Below, piece after piece: positions 20,468 through 31,800 of a DNA stretch of 64,000 bases. A program made the position numbers and the translations under genes. The notes under the pieces are model-generated. The model was not told where the DNA came from. It was given only the letters and a program-made list of their open reading frames with translations, and did no database searches. This DNA is from a virus. How positions within the stretch are numbered: the stretch's first letter is position 1; each line of letters starts with the position of its first letter. The stretch is from IMG/VR virus record IMGVR_UViG_3300024261_000005; one strand, given 5' to 3'.

Positions 20468-22676
20468 AAATGTCGTCTAAATTATTCTTATTTACCTTTA
20501 GCATTGAATTTAAGTCAGAGCATTCAGTTAAATCTATAATTCTAATGTTCTCGTTATCTAATGATTTTACTTTTATGTAGTCTTCTGGCTCCAGTACTTT
20601 TCCGTCATAGTTGAGGGTAGTCGTACTTGTTTCTAGCTGTACGTTTTTATCAGTCTCTTGGATTATCTTTTCTACCAAAGCCTTTTCTTTCCTTACGTTT
20701 TCGCAGCTTAAGCCTTCTTCAAAAAACTTTATTATAAGTCTTATGAATCTGATTAGGTGTGCGATAGCTTGCAAGTCTCCAAGTATCTTAAACTCAGAAG
20801 CTATCACCTCCCCCATAAAAGCTTGTAATGCTTTTAATGTCTGTACTACTTTCGCAACTTCCTCATTCATCCATTTCTTTGTTGTGATTACAGATTCAAT
20901 TATTGTCTTTTCAATAAACTGAAAAGCATCAGACTGATTTAAAGATCTCACCCAACCTTTAGCTCTGTAATCGATCAGGTCTTTTGGTTGGCGATATTCA
21001 TTTTTAATATCCACACCATACTTTGCAAAAGCATAATCCAAGGCGTTCCAATCGCTCTTCTTAACGCTAACGTCTCTTGCACTGACAGTATATTCAGTAC
21101 CTAACCCATCAAGATCTAGATTCATCCTTTTATCAGCCTTCTTGGGCTTTTTAAAATATGGAGTAGTTATTGTTTTTGTCTCAGCTACAAAGTCAAAATT
21201 AAAGAAATCCTTATTCTCTTCAATTGTCTCCTTAGCCAATGCAGCTTCGATCTTCTTCTGATACTTTTCAGCAAGTTGAAAAGAACTGTCGATATACCCT
21301 GGCAGGGCGCGCAGGGTGCCTATCTCTTTGACGAATAGAGTTACGTAATCCTTAAGAATTTCATTTCCAGGTATTTCCAAATACGTAGTAAGTTGACTTT
21401 GCATTAAGTCTGTACTAATCGGATTCCAGGGTCCAACTACAGGATCATCATAATGGTTTACATGGAATACCCAAAATGCGAATTTATCCAATTCTTTTGG
21501 CAGTGTATTTATTTCAAACTCTTTCCTCTTCCTGGCGTCTTCTTTTAGCTGTTCTTCATACTGCTCCCGCAAGTCTTTAGACAATGCGTCATACTCCTGT
21601 TGTAAGTCTACAGAAGGTTTGTCGAACCAGCTGTCTGGCGTGACTTTTTGTATTGCGCTACCGACCTGGTTCACAAGAGAGATCGCATCATTGGTAACTT
21701 TTTCACCAGAAGCGACAACTGCTCTTATCGCACCCATTATGGCTCTGAATGCACTAACAATACAATCCAAGAAGGGATTGACTATTTTTGGAATCACTTC
21801 AACTGCTTGCACTAAAAAATCTAGAACAGCTTTAACCATACCTCCGAAGAGTCCCGTCCAATCAAATCTTATTTTTGCTAAGTCTAAACTGTACTTTATA
21901 AACAATGTAGGTAGTAGCAGGCTCAGCCCTATAAGGTTGCTAGGGCACATGAAGTTTGCGCCGAAGTTTAATAAGAATTTACATAGCGCATCATATAGCA
22001 ATGTAGGGTCCATTGCTTTTAGCATATCGTCTAGAAGCTTTTTTATTTGGCGTAGAAATTTAGTTAAATTAAAGACGAATTCTAATGATGGTAAAGTTAA
22101 GCTCACGTTATAGTCAAGCATGCAGTCCAAGCATTCTTTTAAATCTAGCTTGTATTTTTCACCACCAATATTGACGGTGCCTGCATGATCTTCAATCCAT
22201 TGGTTTGTCTTCCCGACAAACTTTCTACTATACTCGTTTGTAAATCGTTTTTTATATTCATATTCCACTGGCTTTTCGCCCATGAAATCTAGATTCTTTT
22301 TAATGACGCTTGCTTGAGGGTCCCACCACTCTTCAGCAGGATTCCCATCTTTATCAGTTAAGGAGCATTCACTGTAGAAGTGGTCCTCCTCTTCTTCAAC
22401 TATTTTAATTTCCTCCTGGGGGGTCTCCTCTTCTTGCGTATCATTGCGGCCCCCTGTGACTGAATTTACAATCTCCTCCATGGAAGCGTCTGCAGCTATC
22501 AAAGACAATGTGATTGTTGACTCAAGCCCTGTTAGTGGAGACTGGTATCCAGTAAGAAATATCTCATCAGGAGGAGCATCACTCATTCTTACGAACAAGC
22601 CCTCTTCATATGCTTTGACCAGTTCTATTACGTCAAATAGTAATAGATCATCATCGTTTGGCATTCTATCTGTCAT
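20436..22676 (-). CDS. Hypothetical helical protein with hydrophobic segment, probably virion-associated
   Basis: 746-aa ORF in the structural operon. Confidence 0.6.
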   Translation of the reverse strand: MTDRMPNDDDLLLFDVIELVKAYEEGLFVRMSDAPPDEIFLTGYQSPLTGLESTITLSLIAADASMEEIVNSVTGGRNDTQEEETPQEEIKIVEEEEDHFYSECSLTDKDGNPAEEWWDPQASVIKKNLDFMGEKPVEYEYKKRFTNEYSRKFVGKTNQWIEDHAGTVNIGGEKYKLDLKECLDCMLDYNVSLTLPSLEFVFNLTKFLRQIKKLLDDMLKAMDPTLLYDALCKFLLNFGANFMCPSNLIGLSLLLPTLFIKYSLDLAKIRFDWTGLFGGMVKAVLDFLVQAVEVIPKIVNPFLDCIVSAFRAIMGAIRAVVASGEKVTNDAISLVNQVGSAIQKVTPDSWFDKPSVDLQQEYDALSKDLREQYEEQLKEDARKRKEFEINTLPKELDKFAFWVFHVNHYDDPVVGPWNPISTDLMQSQLTTYLEIPGNEILKDYVTLFVKEIGTLRALPGYIDSSFQLAEKYQKKIEAALAKETIEENKDFFNFDFVAETKTITTPYFKKPKKADKRMNLDLDGLGTEYTVSARDVSVKKSDWNALDYAFAKYGVDIKNEYRQPKDLIDYRAKGWVRSLNQSDAFQFIEKTIIESVITTKKWMNEEVAKVVQTLKALQAFMGEVIASEFKILGDLQAIAHLIRFIRLIIKFFEEGLSCENVRKEKALVEKIIQETDKNVQLETSTTTLNYDGKVLEPEDYIKVKSLDNENIRIIDLTECSDLNSMLKVNKNNLDDIYEGILSGLST

Positions 22677-22989
22677 CAGTTACATCTCTGTATTTTCGCC
22701 TCTTATTACGAGGTTGCTCTAAATTGTTTTTGTACTCAATCGCCTTTAATATGGCGCTTTCGCTACCAACTTCAATATTTTCTTCTATCTCTTCTGCTAG
22801 CTCGGGGTTTATACGTCTAACTGCATCAATGAAAGAGTTCATTCTGTTCATAGTTTTTCTTAAGTCCTCAAGAAGTACGAAGTCTCTTGCGATCTTTTTA
22901 AACAACTGTTGATACTGCTCTTCAAGTTCTTTCTCACCACTATCGAAATCATTATCATGGCCTTTTCGCATGTTACTAAATACGCCCAT
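22666..22989 (-). CDS. Hypothetical protein
   Basis: Overlapping ORF in the operon. Confidence 0.6.
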   Translation of the reverse strand: MGVFSNMRKGHDNDFDSGEKELEEQYQQLFKKIARDFVLLEDLRKTMNRMNSFIDAVRRINPELAEEIEENIEVGSESAILKAIEYKNNLEQPRNKRRKYRDVTDDR

Positions 22990-23464
22990 TGTCTAGACCT
23001 TCCTGAATTAAATCTAGTGACTCTGACATTTCAATTAGTTTCTTCAATTCTATTAATGCCATGTAGTCATCATATGTTATTTCTTTTTTAATTCCGCCAA
23101 ATATATTTGTTGCTGATCTTTTCAGCCTGTGGCTTCTGGAGATGTCTAAAGTAAAACTGTTATTAGATCTTTTAATTTTCTCATCTAAGTTTTCTTTTCT
23201 ATCTTTTATTACGCCTAATAATCTCCTCCCCTCTTCTTTAGCTTCCTCAAGTTTTGCTTTTATTATTTTAGCTTCTTTTGAAGTGAAGGGTCTCTCTGGA
23301 TTTTGTCTAAAGTCATGCATCATATCTTCTAATGTTGCATCGACCATATCAATATTCTTTAATGGTGATTCTTTTTCTTTCAGTTCTTCGTTGAAAGATT
23401 TTAATAAATCTTCCTTTTCAAAAAGGAACTTATTGTCAAAAACATCATCAAAAAAGCTTTTCAT
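22976..23464 (-). CDS. Hypothetical coiled-coil protein
   Basis: Overlapping ORF in the operon. Confidence 0.6.
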   Translation of the reverse strand: MKSFFDDVFDNKFLFEKEDLLKSFNEELKEKESPLKNIDMVDATLEDMMHDFRQNPERPFTSKEAKIIKAKLEEAKEEGRRLLGVIKDRKENLDEKIKRSNNSFTLDISRSHRLKRSATNIFGGIKKEITYDDYMALIELKKLIEMSESLDLIQEGLDNGRI

Positions 23465-23901
23465 TAAATCACCCCGTTAACTATTTTTTTATAATATTTT
23501 AAGTTTATTTTAATGTCTTCTTTGTATTGTGGATCAGTATGCCCAGGACAAAACACTCTAGCCCATATAGGGAATAAAGATTCCGTATTTGCTACTTCAG
23601 AAGAGCCTATACCATCTGGTAATAAAAGAGTATTATTAATTAATACATCGCCCCATTCTTTCTCAGTGGGTTGTTCAGAACCATACTTTAATTTTACTGA
23701 CCAGCCAGAACTACTAAAAAGATCACCTTGAGTTAAGTCGGGCATCTCTATTTTTAATTCTATGTTTTCATAATAGAATTCAGGAAACTGGTTTTTGAAA
23801 TAAAACAAAAACTCCTGCTCGCCACCTGTGAAACCATTGTGTTCAGTAATGAAGGGGCCGTTAATTGGTTGCTTCTCAGCATCTAAAACAATTAAGCTCA
23901 T
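23464..23901 (-). CDS. Hypothetical beta-rich protein
   Basis: Overlapping ORF in the operon. Confidence 0.6.
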   Translation of the reverse strand: MSLIVLDAEKQPINGPFITEHNGFTGGEQEFLFYFKNQFPEFYYENIELKIEMPDLTQGDLFSSSGWSVKLKYGSEQPTEKEWGDVLINNTLLLPDGIGSSEVANTESLFPIWARVFCPGHTDPQYKEDIKINLKYYKKIVNGVI

Positions 23902-25532
23902 ATTCTATTTCCTCTATGTGCATTGAAACCACGCCTATAATTTCTTTTATCAGATTGGCCTGTAAAAGCAACACCTGCAAGCATACCACCACCCAAAGTT
24001 AACAATCTATTATTCATTGCTACATTATTCTCTTTATTGGGGTCTAGCAATTTTTGCATCTTTTTCTTACCGAAACCTTTCAATCTTTCGTCATCGCCTT
24101 TCATTGCTGCAATTGATGTAAGGTTTTCACGTCTAGCCTGTGCTCCTGTTACTTGTTCTATTGTTTCTGGTGTTGAAGAATAGCCGCCACTTGCTTTTGC
24201 CTTCAACCTAGTTTGACTGCCAGTGTGTGTTTCCACACTTGATGCAAAATCATCCAATAAAGTGTCTCCTTGAGCAGTTCCCTTTCCTATACCTAAATCA
24301 TTCAAAGTTAACCCGCTACCTTTTTCAATTGAAGACAGTTCTGTTCCTGGAGAATATTGACCTGACACTTCCTTACCAAGTGTTTTCCGAGCACCAGCAG
24401 TAACAGCATCATCCCCCAAAATACTTTTCACCATAGCATTCTCTATGTCTCCCATGCTTCCTGCAACACCCTTAGCAATAGCTCTTGCACCAAAAGCAAC
24501 ACCACCACCGACGGCGGCACCTTCTGTAAAGTCGCCGCCCATTGCAACATTTGCTCCACCAGCTAAACCAGCAACAGCAGCTATACCCATAGCATTACCA
24601 AATCCATGTCCAGACTCTCCACCTATAGCTCTGAGTAAAGCATTTGGACTTGCCGATGCTCCCGCACGATTAAACCCACCATACATACTGCCAAGCTCCT
24701 CTTGGTTCTTCATCATCGCTGACATACCCTCTTCACTTAGCTGGCCACCTTCATTATCTACTTTTTGAATCTCACTTCTAAATGCACTTAAATTAGTAAC
24801 TGCATCATCGCTGGCTCCGCCTCGCTTAAGCACATCTTCAAATGCATCATCATCAGTTGCCTTCCATGCTTGCTTAAGTATATTCGATTCAACACCAGAA
24901 GCTTTTGCACTTGCCTCTCCAGCAAATACACGCTCTGCTCCTGCCATAAATTCAGCACCAGCATTAGCAGCAGCTTTTCCTGAAGTATCTCCTGCAAAGA
25001 TTCGCCAAAAGCTAGAATCAGATGGTTCTAATTCAGCAGCTTGATGAGTGAGGGGAGGTGGGGTCGCTGGTGGCGCTGATGGAGGTGGGGTCGCTGGTGG
25101 CGCTGATGGAGGTGGGGTCGCTGGTGGCGCTGATGGAGGTGGGGTCGCTGGTGGTTGTGGTTTGAGTACAATGCTCGGAGGTTCAACCATGTTGTCGCTT
25201 TTCGCAGGGTTTTTTCCAGCTGCTTGTTTTACAATAGGTGGTGGAATTCGGGAACCGGCTTTCGCCGTCCTTTTTCTTCCCTCTATCTGTTCGCGAGAGG
25301 CCTTCTGCGGAGGCGCTGCTGATGTCGTTTGGGGCTTCTGCGATGGTAATCTTTGAGTTACATCAGGATTAAAGTTTGCTGGTAACACTTGGGTTGAATC
25401 AAAATCTGGACCACTGATCACGCGCGGTGCAGGTGACGAGGGAGCTGGGGCGCCAACTTTCGCACCTTTTGCAGCACCCGTACCAACCGCTTCCTCAAGG
25501 GCCTCTTTCGCTACTTTTATAAGTGGATTCAT
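23898..25532 (-). CDS. Pro-rich/Gly-Ala-rich protein with hydrophobic segments (candidate internal/ejected virion protein)
   Basis: PPATPPPSA repeats; GIAAVAGLAGGA..GAAVGGGVAFG and C-terminal LGGGMLAGVAF segments. Confidence 0.55.
   Translation of the reverse strand: MNPLIKVAKEALEEAVGTGAAKGAKVGAPAPSSPAPRVISGPDFDSTQVLPANFNPDVTQRLPSQKPQTTSAAPPQKASREQIEGRKRTAKAGSRIPPPIVKQAAGKNPAKSDNMVEPPSIVLKPQPPATPPPSAPPATPPPSAPPATPPPSAPPATPPPLTHQAAELEPSDSSFWRIFAGDTSGKAAANAGAEFMAGAERVFAGEASAKASGVESNILKQAWKATDDDAFEDVLKRGGASDDAVTNLSAFRSEIQKVDNEGGQLSEEGMSAMMKNQEELGSMYGGFNRAGASASPNALLRAIGGESGHGFGNAMGIAAVAGLAGGANVAMGGDFTEGAAVGGGVAFGARAIAKGVAGSMGDIENAMVKSILGDDAVTAGARKTLGKEVSGQYSPGTELSSIEKGSGLTLNDLGIGKGTAQGDTLLDDFASSVETHTGSQTRLKAKASGGYSSTPETIEQVTGAQARRENLTSIAAMKGDDERLKGFGKKKMQKLLDPNKENNVAMNNRLLTLGGGMLAGVAFTGQSDKRNYRRGFNAHRGNRI
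25054..25154. repeat. 27-bp tandem repeat, about 3.7 copies, encoding PPATPPPSA
   Basis: Unit GGAGGTGGGGTCGCTGGTGGCGCTGAT. Confidence 0.95.
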
Positions 25533-25535
25533 AAT

Positions 25536-27746
25536 TTACCTCCAGCTTCTTCGTTTTTTACGGCCAAAACGACCACGTTTGGGAGCATGCTGTACTTCAC
25601 TTATTGGACGCATACCTTGCTCAGTACCTTGATAGGAGTTGATTCCTTCAAGTAGGGAGAACTCTTTCTCTTCTTTTATACTACGAGAACGACTTGATTT
25701 TCTATCATTAGGCAACAAACCTTCTCTAATATACTTTTCCCTTATCATTCTGTCTTCTTCTTCGGATCCACCACCCCGCATTATTCGCAACACATTCAGT
25801 GCACCTGGATCAGATTGAAGTTTCTTTTGCTCATAAAGCTCTCGAATTTCATCATTCGGAGATCTATAAAGATTCTTTATGGCTTCAACTTTATGGAAGG
25901 TAGGCATACTTGGAGTCATTTGGTTTCCAGAGTATACTGACTCTTCTAAAACCAACCCACCTAACGCTAGCATGAAAGCGTCGAGTCTATGATCTCCAAC
26001 CTTTTCATTCTGCTTTCCGTATACTGGCTTGTTGTTCTGTTTGTTTCTTTTCTCTACGATGTAGTTGAAGAACTGATCTTTCAAGACAACGTCATCTACT
26101 GGAAATTTAAATAATCCGTCCTGAAGAATTCTAACTGCATTCTCAACTAAAAAATGCTTACCAGATTTTTTAATGTCCTTGTTGGTAATAGGATCTTTAA
26201 GCTTTATGTTGGAACTAAAATTAAATGATACTAAACGATCCGCTATTAAAACTGTCTCTGCCTCTTTAGCCGTCTTGTCTTGTTTGGCCCTAAGAGTATA
26301 GGATTGATATTTTATATCTTCTATGATTGTATGGCCGTATCCTTCGTCCGCATAGATATGGTCTGGTTTCCATTTATAATTAAGATCGATTAACTCTTTT
26401 ATCCACCGCCTAGCAGAGAATTCAGAGTGAGGTACGTTTACTGCATCCAATGCGATCCAAATTCTATCGCTTGGAAAATAACCAATAACATAGAATTCAG
26501 TACCTGCATTTTTATTCCAGTCGATACCTATCGCTATGGTTCTCTCTGTTGCGGACTTTAACCCTAGTTTTTTCTGCAAATGATGCGGAGAATAGGCTTC
26601 GTCGTATGTATAATCCAACCGAGCGCTGTAAATCCAATCTCTCTTGAACACCCCTTGAAGGTCGTCAATAAAGATTGCCATGTACTCCGCCATGAAAGAT
26701 TCTTGGGTTGAATCACGAAGTATCTCTTCTTTTATGGCTTCCCAATGCGGGATTACTGAACTAGGTAAAAAGTCTTCTCTAAAATCATCTCGCTTCAAAC
26801 ACCATTCGTGAAACTTACCTTTCTTACCAATTGGTGTAGATGTGGCGATTAAAATTGTATCAGGCGTTGTGGCCAGAATAGGATTAATAACTTTATCTAA
26901 TACTTCTTCTGGAATCATATCCATCTCATCCAAGTAGACGATAGATGCAGATTGACCACGCATAGTACCACCACCGCTGCCGTCAGATCTCATACCTATT
27001 CCAGAAACAAACCCTTGTATAACCGCACCGTTTTTCATTTCCATTTTAAAAGTTGGCGTCTTTATATATAAGCTATCTCCAGTACCAGAAGTAACTTCTG
27101 CTTTTAACTCTATGTTTCTCTTTAATAGTTTCTCCATCTCTTCAAAGAGATTCGTCAGTTGCGCTTGATAAGGCGTAACGATCATTATCGCCGGCCCCAT
27201 ATAAACTATGTTCCCTTGCGCATCTCTACCTCTATCTAATTTAAGATTGTATGCGTAATACAATAGTTTTAATGCCATCGCAAAAGACTTACCTGAGCGA
27301 CGACCTTCTCTTATTACCATCCTCTTTGAAGTGCATCTTATTTGTTCCTTCTGGTAGCTTCTTAAGAACCATTTATCATCCCTATCAGAAAACCCAAACA
27401 TTAACTCCACCCAAGATGCAGGATCTATTGAAGCCTTTAGTATTCTAGTCGCTTGTTCTTCTGGTATGTTTGTGCTTTTAGAGATCTCTTTTATTTTTGA
27501 TGCAGCACCATCTGGAAGCTTTCTTGGTATGTAACTGCACTTTATCCTGTTGGTGCCATACTTCTTTATCTGCCGTATCTGACAAGTAACACAAGTCTTA
27601 TGAACATCTGTCTTTAGCGAATACTCCCTCTTAAAATATGTTATTAATTCATCGGGTATTATTGCGGCAGGATCTTGATGCTCAATCCCGTACTCGTTAA
27701 CAGAATAAATATTATCATCTATTAATTGTTTTAATTTAGGATGCAT
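25536..27746 (-). CDS. terL: Terminase large subunit
   Basis: LRSYQ, Walker A GRRSGKS, Walker B VYLDE, TSTP coupling motif, nuclease IGIDWN and DHRLDA. Confidence 0.92.
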   Translation of the reverse strand: MHPKLKQLIDDNIYSVNEYGIEHQDPAAIIPDELITYFKREYSLKTDVHKTCVTCQIRQIKKYGTNRIKCSYIPRKLPDGAASKIKEISKSTNIPEEQATRILKASIDPASWVELMFGFSDRDDKWFLRSYQKEQIRCTSKRMVIREGRRSGKSFAMALKLLYYAYNLKLDRGRDAQGNIVYMGPAIMIVTPYQAQLTNLFEEMEKLLKRNIELKAEVTSGTGDSLYIKTPTFKMEMKNGAVIQGFVSGIGMRSDGSGGGTMRGQSASIVYLDEMDMIPEEVLDKVINPILATTPDTILIATSTPIGKKGKFHEWCLKRDDFREDFLPSSVIPHWEAIKEEILRDSTQESFMAEYMAIFIDDLQGVFKRDWIYSARLDYTYDEAYSPHHLQKKLGLKSATERTIAIGIDWNKNAGTEFYVIGYFPSDRIWIALDAVNVPHSEFSARRWIKELIDLNYKWKPDHIYADEGYGHTIIEDIKYQSYTLRAKQDKTAKEAETVLIADRLVSFNFSSNIKLKDPITNKDIKKSGKHFLVENAVRILQDGLFKFPVDDVVLKDQFFNYIVEKRNKQNNKPVYGKQNEKVGDHRLDAFMLALGGLVLEESVYSGNQMTPSMPTFHKVEAIKNLYRSPNDEIRELYEQKKLQSDPGALNVLRIMRGGGSEEEDRMIREKYIREGLLPNDRKSSRSRSIKEEKEFSLLEGINSYQGTEQGMRPISEVQHAPKRGRFGRKKRRSWR

Positions 27747-27748
27747 AG

Positions 27749-28858
27749 TTATCGCCTGTATTGAGAGAATATATCTCTGTTCATGTGAACAATAGATGCT
27801 TCTTGTCCAAATGCTGATCTAGCGTTTGTATGTGACTTATGCATTGATTGTAATGCTCTCTGACGCATAGTAACAGCATTTTGTGTAAAGTGTGCCGAAA
27901 CATCTGAAGCGAAATTCAATCCTTTATTCTTATTCTCTGCTTTGAATCCAGCTTCCAAAGCCGAATAGGTTGACTTAAATAACATTGTACCTGCCATGAT
28001 ACCAATACCTGCAACTCCCGCTTTAAGCGGGGTACCAAACATATATGCACCAGCCTTAGCACCTCCAGCAGCACCAAATATGCTACCCACCATGCCAGCT
28101 ACACCTTCATTTATGTTGAGCCCAAATGCACTATTCAAAAAAGACGCACCACCTTCTGCTGCAGCTCTACCTCCGGCCATACCTGCCATAGCTCCAATAT
28201 AACCACCCATGATAGGCATTATTCTACCCAGCATTGGCGACCCTAATATTGCTCTCTGAGTAGATATACTTCCATCCTTATAACCAGCTAAACCATCCTT
28301 TGCTACACCAAATTCTTTTGCTGCTTTACCTTCATCTAGGATATTATAAAGTATATTACTTTCTTTCATTCCATAATAGTTAGCGAAAGTATCTTGAATT
28401 AAATAATCTCTAAGTCCTTCTGCACCTTCTGTATACGCCGCATGGATACCACCAAGAGCTGTCATTCCTACAGGTAATGCTATAGACAACCCAGTTAACT
28501 TTTGTAGTCCACCTTTAGTTAATTTACCTGTTGCATTTCTTGTAAATACTTCACCTGCATCATCTGTAAAGTTGACTATGGAATCTTTGTTGAAGAGACC
28601 ACCACCACGGGTAACTCTTGCGTTAGTTTGCCCGCCTCTAACAGTGTTATCCAGCCCTGCAGCCTCCACACCTTCTTTAGAAAAGACAGGACCAAAATGT
28701 CTCTCTGCTGCATATGTTTCACCACCGGCACTATAGAACGCTCCCTGCAGCATCTTCGGACCTAGAAGATAAGCAGCCGCCAAAGCGGGGGCAACATTCC
28801 CAAGTGCAGTACCACTGCCTTGTGCCATCTCAGTTCCACTTAAAAGATCTAAATTCAT
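27749..28858 (-). CDS. Gly/Ala-rich multi-hydrophobic protein (candidate ejected/membrane-channel virion protein)
   Basis: Glycine-zipper segments; C-terminal TMRQRALQSM..SHTNARSAFGQEA motif. Confidence 0.5.
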   Translation of the reverse strand: MNLDLLSGTEMAQGSGTALGNVAPALAAAYLLGPKMLQGAFYSAGGETYAAERHFGPVFSKEGVEAAGLDNTVRGGQTNARVTRGGGLFNKDSIVNFTDDAGEVFTRNATGKLTKGGLQKLTGLSIALPVGMTALGGIHAAYTEGAEGLRDYLIQDTFANYYGMKESNILYNILDEGKAAKEFGVAKDGLAGYKDGSISTQRAILGSPMLGRIMPIMGGYIGAMAGMAGGRAAAEGGASFLNSAFGLNINEGVAGMVGSIFGAAGGAKAGAYMFGTPLKAGVAGIGIMAGTMLFKSTYSALEAGFKAENKNKGLNFASDVSAHFTQNAVTMRQRALQSMHKSHTNARSAFGQEASIVHMNRDIFSQYRR

Positions 28859-28860
28859 GA

Positions 28861-31800
28861 TTACATCCTATTGTGTCCAATTGGAGAGTTGAACATATTC
28901 TTATTAGCGGAGAGCTGAAGGCTCTCCATCATAACTTGCCTTTTGTATTTTTGCATTTCTGCTAGCTGATTTTCTCTCTGTTTGTTAACTTTTGCAGCTT
29001 CATGTACGTTTCTTGCCGCCAAAGTATCCTTTACCATATGATAGTTGTTTTCTCTTAAAGATCTAGTATTCAATTTATACTCGTTCTTTTTGGAGCCCCT
29101 ACTCTTTATCATGCTGCCTAGATCACTTTTAATTTGATCCAAACTTGAAAGAATTGAATTGGTGTTATATCCGAAAGATTGTAAATCCAATTCATGTGCA
29201 GAAGAAAACTTTTTATCTGGCCTAAAGATACTAGTGTTATTCTTCGATTGAGAAGCCTTAAATCTTTCAGCGGTTTGAGTAATATCTCCCATGATTTGAT
29301 CAGTTACGCCACCAGCCCTATCTGCTTGATTCATTAAAGAGTAGATAGACATCAAGTTTGCATTTCTTGATACCTTAGAGATGTTCGCTAAAGTGTTGAA
29401 TGTAACCGTCTCTCCACTTGCTTTAGAAATCTCCTTATAGGCTTGGAAATATCCTGTGTTCCACATTCCCCTTTTGGATTCTTGTGCTGATTCTTGTGCA
29501 TCTTCAAAAGCTTTTTGATTATATATCGGCGGCTTGCCTTTGGACTTGTATGGCAAGTAGGCAGCAGCACCACGTTTAACTAGCTCTAAATTTAAATTCT
29601 TTCCATCCACATAGATCATACCTACTTGTCGACCATATGTAGTGTCGCCTTGTCGACCAACAAGTCTTACATCTTTTGCTTTCGCAATTAATTCGCTAGC
29701 TATCGCCTTGGCCTTTTCTGCAAAAGGCTGAGCACGTCTATCTTGGTGAGCAATCTCCGGAGAGTCGATTCCTGCTAAACGTATAGACATTGAATCTTGA
29801 CGACCAGTGCCCATAAAACTCGATAGCGGTGAATTAATATTTCCTTTTCTTTTTATTGAGACCGTATCCGCGTCCTCAACATTTATCTCGAATCTGCTTT
29901 TATCGAACTCATATTCAATAAGATTCTTGCCTCGAACTCCAGTCCCATACCTCTCCTGGTCAATTGGTTTCGCACCACTAAAGATGATATTCCGACTCTC
30001 TTTAGATGTACCCATCTGACGTCTAAAAGCAGTGGATAGGAACCTCTTAAAGAAGAATCCAATATCACCCTGCTCTGAGAAATGTCTAACACCAAATTTT
30101 TGCTGTATGTACTTGTGTCTCTCCCTTCTTAATTTATGATCTTCTAATACTCCTTGTGTATAAGCTGGACCTTGATAGGGCGAACCAAAATCTGTAAAAG
30201 CTTTGTTTAGCATTGAGGCTAAACCAGTTTGTGGCAAACCTTCCAGTCTGCCATATTTTGCCTTAACACTATTTATGTAAGCTTCCTGATCGTTACCATA
30301 GAACTGGCTTTGTGCTTCTAAAAACTGCTCGTAGTTTGGAGCTAAAAGCTCCCCTTGCTCCTCTTTATGAGCAGTCCTGGTAGATAGGACTGCTAATGCT
30401 CCGGTTAGTATTCCATATTTACCTAAATGACTCTTGCCTATTTCTCTCAATCCTTTTGACAAAGTAGGTGACTCTGCTCTTTGAGCAGTTCTACTAACGC
30501 TCTCCGCAGCGCTACTGACCGGTGGTACAACTCTAGGTGTCGGTGGGACGCTGGGAGGTGGTGGCGGAATAGGGCCTGGTGGCTTCACCCCAGGGGTGGG
30601 TCGTGGTGGTGTGGCTGGACTTGGCGGTGTAGCTGGACCTGGTGGCTTTGCTCCAGCACCTGGAGGTGATGGGGGCACAACCCTAGGAGTTGGAACTATG
30701 CTTCTTCTAGAGCCCCTCGGCTTCAGTGGAGGGGTGGCTGGAGTGATAGATGTTCTTTCTATATCTCTACTTCCTATAAACATCTGTATGTTGTCCAAAA
30801 ATTGCTTGGTTACTTGTCCATCTCCAAGTCGCCTTGCAAACATATCTACTACTTTGTCTGAAGCTTCAGCATCTTTTAAAGCAACTTCCCGCATGCTTCC
30901 CTTTGTGGCTTCCACTACTGTACCTGAAGCGTCAAAGAAACTACTATATTTTGTTCTCGCCTCTACAAGTGCTTGAGTCTTGTCGACATGCTTATACTCA
31001 TCCAAGTTCTCAAGATGCTTAAGTACATCATCAACACTTGTAAGATGAACTTGCTTACTCTTTGGGCCTACCTGGACTTTGCTCTTCTCAGTAATGTCGC
31101 CAAGTTTCTTAACTTGCTCTACAACTCTATATCCCGGCTTCTGCTGTCTTGTGACTAAAGATTTATTCTCAGCCATCTCCACCATGCTCTTACCTATACG
31201 TTGTCGAAATCCCAACTCATCTAATCCTGCCGAGACCTCCCCGCCACTTAATTTAGCTTGTTGATTAAAATAGTTCGCCAAACTTCCATAGGCCATGTGT
31301 CGAAAGTAAGCGCCCTTACCCTCGGATGCTTGCCTAAATAATTCCTTACCTTCTGCACCACCTAAGTCCACAAGTCGCTTAGCCTCTAATTGCTCCATTG
31401 ACTCGGAGAATACTCTCGCCTCTGTAACGCTAGTGTCACCTAGCGCCATGTGAGACTCTGCTTCTTTCAAAGATTTAATAGCATCATCCATAGATAGCTG
31501 TCGACCTTCTGTTTCAGCGAGTCGCATCTGCTCTGTGAATCCATATAAGCGGCCTTGAACCTCCATTGATAACGAAGTCGGAGCCTTCTCGTCTATAATC
31601 CCCTGATTTATTAATTGAGACTGTTGTGACTTAACCAAGTCCAAGATGTCTCGTACGTCGCCTTCACCGGTATGCTTTAATACTGCTTCATAAAGCCCAG
31701 AGTAATCTTTACTCTTTAGTGCTTGAGCTTTAATCTTGTTGTACGCCAGGTTAGTAGAATAGAATGGATCACCAGATGTAGCAGACACACCTTCTATCAC

